From contig JBGQJI010000063.1 in the NCBI GenBank assembly GCA_041498975.1, forward strand, positions 1 to 13,107: DNA of 13,107 nucleotides, read 5' to 3'. A program made the translations under genes and the position numbers. Origin of the DNA: Candidatus Methylomirabilis sp. (GTDB lineage: Bacteria; Methylomirabilota; Methylomirabilia; Methylomirabilales; Methylomirabilaceae). Below, one piece after another: positions 6,934 through 13,107 of this stretch; the stretch's first letter is position 1; each line of letters starts with the position of its first letter. A model generated the notes under the pieces. It did no database searches and had not been told where the DNA came from. It worked only from the letters and a program-made list of their open reading frames with translations.

Positions 6934-8604
6934 CTAGGCTGTCTCCGCTCCACCCGGCGCGAGCTTTCCTCGGCTCTGCAGCCAGTACTGCTGTCCGATC
7001 TGGAGCATATTGTTGACGAGCCAATAAAGGACGAGCCCGGAGGGAAAGGACCAGAACATGAAGGTGAACATGGTCGGCATCAGATAGAGCATCATCTTGG
7101 CCTGCCGCGGATCTCCGGCGGTCGGGGTCATCTTCTGCTGCAGGAACATGCTGGCGCCCATCAAGAGCGCAAGGAGGTTGAAGGGGTAGCTCTTCAAGCC
7201 CCAGATGTCGATGGTGAACAGCGCATCCGGCTGCGAGAGATCCTTGATCCAGAGGAAGCGGGCCCGCCACATCTCCACAGAGCTCGAGAGGGCGTTGTAC
7301 AGGGCAATGAAGATCGGGATCTGCAGTAGCATCGGAAGACAGCCGCCCATCGGGTTGACCCCGTGCTTCTTGTACAGCTCCATCGTTTCCTGCTGCTTCT
7401 TTTGTGGGTTGTTCTTGTATCGCTCCTGCAGGGCCGCGAGCTTCGGCTGGAGGGCCTGCATCGCTTGCATCGATCGCAGGCTCTTCGCGGTCAGCGGATG
7501 GAAGACGACCTTCTGAAGCAGTGAGACGAGGATGATGGCGGCGCCGTAATTGCCGCTGAAGCGGTGCAGAAACCGGAGAAGATAGAGCGCGGGGCGGGCC
7601 AGGATGTCGAACCACCCGAGGTCCAGGAGCTTCTCCAGGTCCGGGCCGGCCGCCTTCAGCCGATCGAGCTCCTTCGGCCCGGCATACAGCGCGAAGCGCT
7701 CGCTCACCTCTCTCGCTGGCTGAATAGTCTGGGCGCGGGCCGCCAGGGCAACGAGGGGCCGCCCCGACGGCCCTTTCCTGACCGTGGCCTCGGCGCCTTT
7801 GCCCGCGGCGGGCATAAGCGCCGCGGCGAAGTACTGGTCCTGAAGCGCTGTCCACGACACCGCGCCGCTGTGGGTGGAAACCCCTTGAAGCTTCTCGACA
7901 TCGTCCGTAACGCGACGACCGTCCACCCAGCTTGTGGGTGGGAGGAGGCGCGCCTGCTGTTTGTCGGGGCTGTCATGGAACCCCGGGCCCCAGGCTATCT
8001 CGGGGGCGATGGTCAGCGGCTTTTGCCCAGTGTTTTTCCAGAGGAGCTGGATCTCGACAAGGTAGCTGTCGCCCTTGAAGGTGAGGCGCTTCGTCAGTTG
8101 AAGCGGGCCGCCCCCCCGCGATGAGAAGACGATCGAGCCGGTCTCGGCCGGCGAGCGCAGGTCGAGGTGTTCCTTGTCGACGTCGAAGTCCGGGGGCGCC
8201 GCCTCCTCCAGTCTCCCGCTCCACGCGAACAGAGGGCCCAATGGGCCGGTCGAAAGAGCTACCAGGTCCACAGCTTGCCCATCCGCGAGCGTATACCGTT
8301 TGACCCGCCAACTCTTCAGCACCCCGCCGCGCGTGGTGAAGATGGCTCTCACGGTTTCGGTCTCGACCACGACCTCTCGCTCCGGCACCCTCGTCTGCGC
8401 TGCTCGGCCCTGCGGTGCAGCCAGCGGAAATGGTGCGACTGCCTGCTGGGGCGTGGCGGACTTCGCTGGCAGAGTCGTCGCGGCCTCCTTCGCCCGGGAT
8501 GGTGGCTCCTCCGGGCGTGGGAGGAAGTACTGGTAGCCGAAGAATATCAAGACCACCAGGATGGTCGCAATTAACGCCCGCTGTTCAGTTGACAAGTCTC
8601 TCAA
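6934..8604 (-). CDS. yidC: Membrane protein insertase YidC (long form with periplasmic domain)
   Basis: N-terminal TM, periplasmic domain (DQYFAAAL, LYAGPKE), GNYGAAII, NPMGGCLPMLLQIPIFIALY, WIKDLSQPD, FPSGLVLYWLVNN. TTG start at 8604 or 8595. Confidence 0.97.
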   Translation of the reverse strand: MRDLSTEQRALIATILVVLIFFGYQYFLPRPEEPPSRAKEAATTLPAKSATPQQAVAPFPLAAPQGRAAQTRVPEREVVVETETVRAIFTTRGGVLKSWRVKRYTLADGQAVDLVALSTGPLGPLFAWSGRLEEAAPPDFDVDKEHLDLRSPAETGSIVFSSRGGGPLQLTKRLTFKGDSYLVEIQLLWKNTGQKPLTIAPEIAWGPGFHDSPDKQQARLLPPTSWVDGRRVTDDVEKLQGVSTHSGAVSWTALQDQYFAAALMPAAGKGAEATVRKGPSGRPLVALAARAQTIQPAREVSERFALYAGPKELDRLKAAGPDLEKLLDLGWFDILARPALYLLRFLHRFSGNYGAAIILVSLLQKVVFHPLTAKSLRSMQAMQALQPKLAALQERYKNNPQKKQQETMELYKKHGVNPMGGCLPMLLQIPIFIALYNALSSSVEMWRARFLWIKDLSQPDALFTIDIWGLKSYPFNLLALLMGASMFLQQKMTPTAGDPRQAKMMLYLMPTMFTFMFWSFPSGLVLYWLVNNMLQIGQQYWLQSRGKLAPGGAETA

Positions 8605-8638
8605 GGTCTCGGGTCTTTCCTGCTCAGCCGGTGGGCTC

Positions 8639-8854
8639 TTATCTCACTGGGTCATATCCGCCCTGGTGCCACGGGTGACATCGGGCGAGACGCCGCGAGG
8701 CCTGTAGCAGGCCTCGCGCGAAGCCGTGCCGGCCGATCGCCTCACGGGCATAGTCGGCACAGGAGGGGTAGAACCGGCAGGCCGGGAAGAGCATCGGGGA
8801 AACGGTCTTCTTGTACAGCAGCAGAGCCCACCTTGCGATGCTGGCCGGCGTCAT
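8639..8854 (-). CDS. yidD: Membrane protein insertion efficiency factor YidD
   Basis: YKKTVSP..PACRFYPSCADYAREAI..HG..RG....RRLARCHPW..GGYDPV. ATG at 8854 overlaps the rnpA TGA (ATGA coupling). Confidence 0.93.
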   Translation of the reverse strand: MTPASIARWALLLYKKTVSPMLFPACRFYPSCADYAREAIGRHGFARGLLQASRRLARCHPWHQGGYDPVR

Positions 8855-9183
8855 CGTGTTGAAGCTGCCCCAGTGTGTTGAGGAGGGAAAAGCGCGCAAG
8901 CCCGACTCAGGAGTTTTGAGAGCTGGTCTCTCATCTCGCGGCGGGTGAGAGCGCCGATCCCTCCTCGGTTGGTGATCACGATGGAAATCCTTTCCGGCAA
9001 CTTGTCGCGATAAACCCGAAACATTTCCCGCGCCTGGCGCTTTGCCCGATTCCTAACGGTTGAGGGCCCCGCACGGACTCCAAAGGCCAACGTGAGCCCC
9101 TGTTTTTTTGTTGACGAAAACCCAGCATAAAGGGTAAAATATATTCCGCTGATGCCCTCTCCAGATCGGCTCGAGCGGCCCAA
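8851..9183 (-). CDS. rnpA: Ribonuclease P protein component RnpA, divergent with uncertain N-terminus
   Basis: RNR motif GPSTVRNRAKRQAREMFR and position between rpmH and yidD. TTG at 9183 is the first canonical start after the rpmH stop; the only alternative is ATG 9318 inside rpmH. Confidence 0.75.
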   Translation of the reverse strand: MGRSSRSGEGISGIYFTLYAGFSSTKKQGLTLAFGVRAGPSTVRNRAKRQAREMFRVYRDKLPERISIVITNRGGIGALTRREMRDQLSKLLSRACALFPPQHTGAASTR

Positions 9184-9259
9184 CCTGGCGGCCCCTGACG
9201 ACCGGGTGCTCCGTCGAGATCGATTGGGGCTGATGTGGTGGCCTGCGGGGGCGGGGGGG

Positions 9260-9394
9260 TTAAACGGCGAGCCTTTTTCGGCCCTTGGCCTTCCTTCGTT
9301 TGATGACGTTCCGGCCATTAGGAGTGCTCATTCGCGTGAGAAATCCATGGGTCCGTTTTCGCTTGCTCTTGTTAGGTTGATATGTCCGCTTCAT
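9260..9394 (-). CDS. rpmH: 50S ribosomal protein L34
   Basis: Manual translation [44 protein letters not shown] (44 aa, below the ORF-track cutoff). SD GAGGA. Confidence 0.98.
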   Translation of the reverse strand: MKRTYQPNKSKRKRTHGFLTRMSTPNGRNVIKRRKAKGRKRLAV

Positions 9395-9457
9395 GGCCCA
9401 TCCTCATTTGGCAGTTACGGTCCGTTCCGCTTCGTTGGCGTTGGAAAAGCAACGTGG

Positions 9458-9486
9458 AGTATAGCCGTCAGGGCATGTGCTGTCAA
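9458..9486 (-). promoter_or_regulatory. sigma70 promoter of the rpmH operon
   Basis: Minus strand TTGACA (9486-9481), 17 bp, TATACT (9463-9458). One mismatch from consensus. Confidence 0.85.
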
Positions 9487-9559
9487 GCCGCAAATGGTTG
9501 TGGCCACCCGAGCAGGGCATGGGTTTTTCGCTTTCTCTGGTTCTAGCTCAATATCGTGC

Positions 9560-9850
9560 GCAACCATTTGAATTTAAAGTGAGTAGTGGTTTTCCACAGG
9601 TGTGGAAAAGATGTGCGTAAGTGTAGTGCTGGCCTTGTCCACGGTTCTCTTTGGATAGCCTGTAGACTCTTGTTGGTGTTTCATTGGGGTTGCGATGAGT
9701 CCACAACCCATGTGGTGGGTCCATCCCGAAAAAGAGACCGTGTTTTCGCGGTCTCAGGGGTTCATCCACATTTCAAGACAGCCCTATTACTACTCCGATC
9801 TTTTTAAGTTCTAAAGAACAGAAAAATAAGTAAGAGAAGAAGGGGCTGCT
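9560..9850. other. oriC: Probable chromosomal replication origin oriC
   Basis: DnaA boxes (TTWTNCACA): TTTTCCACA 9590-9598 (+, perfect), TGTGGAAAA 9601-9609 (-, perfect), TGTGCGTAA 9612-9620 (1 mismatch), TTGTCCACG 9635-9643 (2 mismatches), TCATCCACA 9762-9770 (1 mismatch). GCCC plus trio-like CTATTACTACTC at 9781-9795, then an AT-rich tract. Genes diverge on both sides and parS sites are nearby. Confidence 0.8.
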
Positions 9851-9871
9851 GTTTAGAGCATCGGGGGATTA

Positions 9872-10972
9872 ATGCATATTCGAGTGCTACGGGATGATCT
9901 CTTCGGCGGTGTAGGACCGATCCAGGGTGTTGTAGAAACCAAGCGAAGCCTTCCAATTCTCTCCCACCTGCTCCTCGAAGCTCTCCCCTCACACCTTTCT
10001 GTTTTCGGTACAGACTTGGATGTCGGAGTCCGTAAGCGGCTTCCAGCGCAGGTCCTCAAAGAAGGCTCGATCGCGCTTTCCGCTAGAAAACTTTACGAGA
10101 TCATTCGAGAACTCCCCGCTGCAATGGTGGAGCTCACGGTTGATTCAGACCTCACAGCAACCATCGCGTGTGGAAGCTCTGAGTTCAGGATGAAAGGCCT
10201 GCCCAGAGATGATTTTCCTTCGATCCGCGAACCCAAGGACAGTTATATCGTCCTCGATCGCCGCCTGTTCCGCGACATGATCCGCCGGACAGTGTTTGCT
10301 GTCTCTTCCGACCAGACCCGCTATACGTTGAATGGGATCCTCTTTCGAGCGACGCCGAAGGAGGTGAGGATGGTTGCCACCGATGGGCACAGGCTCGCCA
10401 TCTCGACGCTGGAGACCGAGGTGACCAAAGAGAGCAGGCCAATCGAGGCGATCATCCCCCGAAAGGCTGCGGCGGAGATGCTGAAACTCTTGAGGGAGGA
10501 GCCCGGCGAGATCGAGATCGAGACGGCGGAGAGCCATCTGTTGTTGAGCTCCGACCAGACGTTGATCGACGCGCGCCTCATCGAGGGGCAATTTCCCAAT
10601 TACGAACAAGTCATCCCCACAACTGCCACCAAGCAGGTCACGTTGAATCGAGAGGCCTTCTTGGCCGGGCTTCGCCGCACATCCACCATCCTCGGTGAGC
10701 GGACCGTCCCCACCACAATGGAGTTGAAACCCGGGAAGCTTCTCCTCAGTTGCGTCAACCTCGACCTCGGCGAAGCGCGGGAGCGCCTTGATGTTGAGTA
10801 TCAGCACGAAGAGATGACGGTGGGGTTCAACGCCCGCTACATCCTCGACTTTTTGAGCGTGGCCGATGGCGAGCAGGTCACCATCCATCTCCAGGACGCG
10901 CTCAGCCCAGCCCTGTTCCGGGCGAAGGACGACAAGAGATATAGCTGCGTCATCATGCCGATGAGGATATAG
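9872..10972 (+). CDS. dnaN: DNA polymerase III beta sliding clamp
   Basis: 366 aa. SLPILSHLL, GTDLD, FAVSSDQTRYTLNG, VATDGHRL, IIPRK, RLIEGQFPNYEQVIP, GFNARYILD, C-terminal IMPMRI. Confidence 0.98.
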   Translation: MHIRVLRDDLFGGVGPIQGVVETKRSLPILSHLLLEALPSHLSVFGTDLDVGVRKRLPAQVLKEGSIALSARKLYEIIRELPAAMVELTVDSDLTATIACGSSEFRMKGLPRDDFPSIREPKDSYIVLDRRLFRDMIRRTVFAVSSDQTRYTLNGILFRATPKEVRMVATDGHRLAISTLETEVTKESRPIEAIIPRKAAAEMLKLLREEPGEIEIETAESHLLLSSDQTLIDARLIEGQFPNYEQVIPTTATKQVTLNREAFLAGLRRTSTILGERTVPTTMELKPGKLLLSCVNLDLGEARERLDVEYQHEEMTVGFNARYILDFLSVADGEQVTIHLQDALSPALFRAKDDKRYSCVIMPMRI

Positions 10973-10978
10973 CGTTGA

Positions 10979-13107
<2,129 letters not shown>

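Noticed and set aside
6890..7855. 321-aa alternative-frame ORF inside yidC
   Set aside because: Same-strand off-frame ORF rich in R/G/P/A, typical of GC3-biased genes.
9548..9807. 73-aa ORFs on both strands in the rpmH-dnaN gap, considered as dnaA remnants or a replacement initiator
   Set aside because: No DnaA-like motifs (Walker A GxxGxGKT, domain IV RDHTTV) and no good SD. They overlap the DnaA boxes.

Overview
GC-rich bacterial chromosomal replication-origin region. Left of ~9.4 kb all genes are on the minus strand, in transcription order rpmH-rnpA-yidD-yidC-rsmG-[parS]-parA-parB-[parS]-DUF4013-like membrane protein-bactofilin-iscS-like cysteine desulfurase-mnmA-membrane protein (partial). 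Right of ~9.87 kb dnaN and gyrB (partial) are on the plus strand. The 477-bp divergent gap between rpmH and dnaN holds a near-consensus sigma70 promoter, DnaA boxes and a B. subtilis-like box/GC/DnaA-trio/AT-rich unwinding element, so it is the probable oriC. The dnaA gene normally found there is absent, as are recF, jag, mnmE and mnmG. Other oddities: ParA has no canonical start codon upstream of its Walker A motif (candidate ACG start); RnpA is N-terminally eroded; two perfect parS sites bracket parAB; and a heptamer inverted repeat with G-quadruplex motifs on both strands sits just upstream of iscS. No mobile elements, CRISPR arrays or structural RNA genes were recognised. All calls come from reading motifs by eye; no searches were run.
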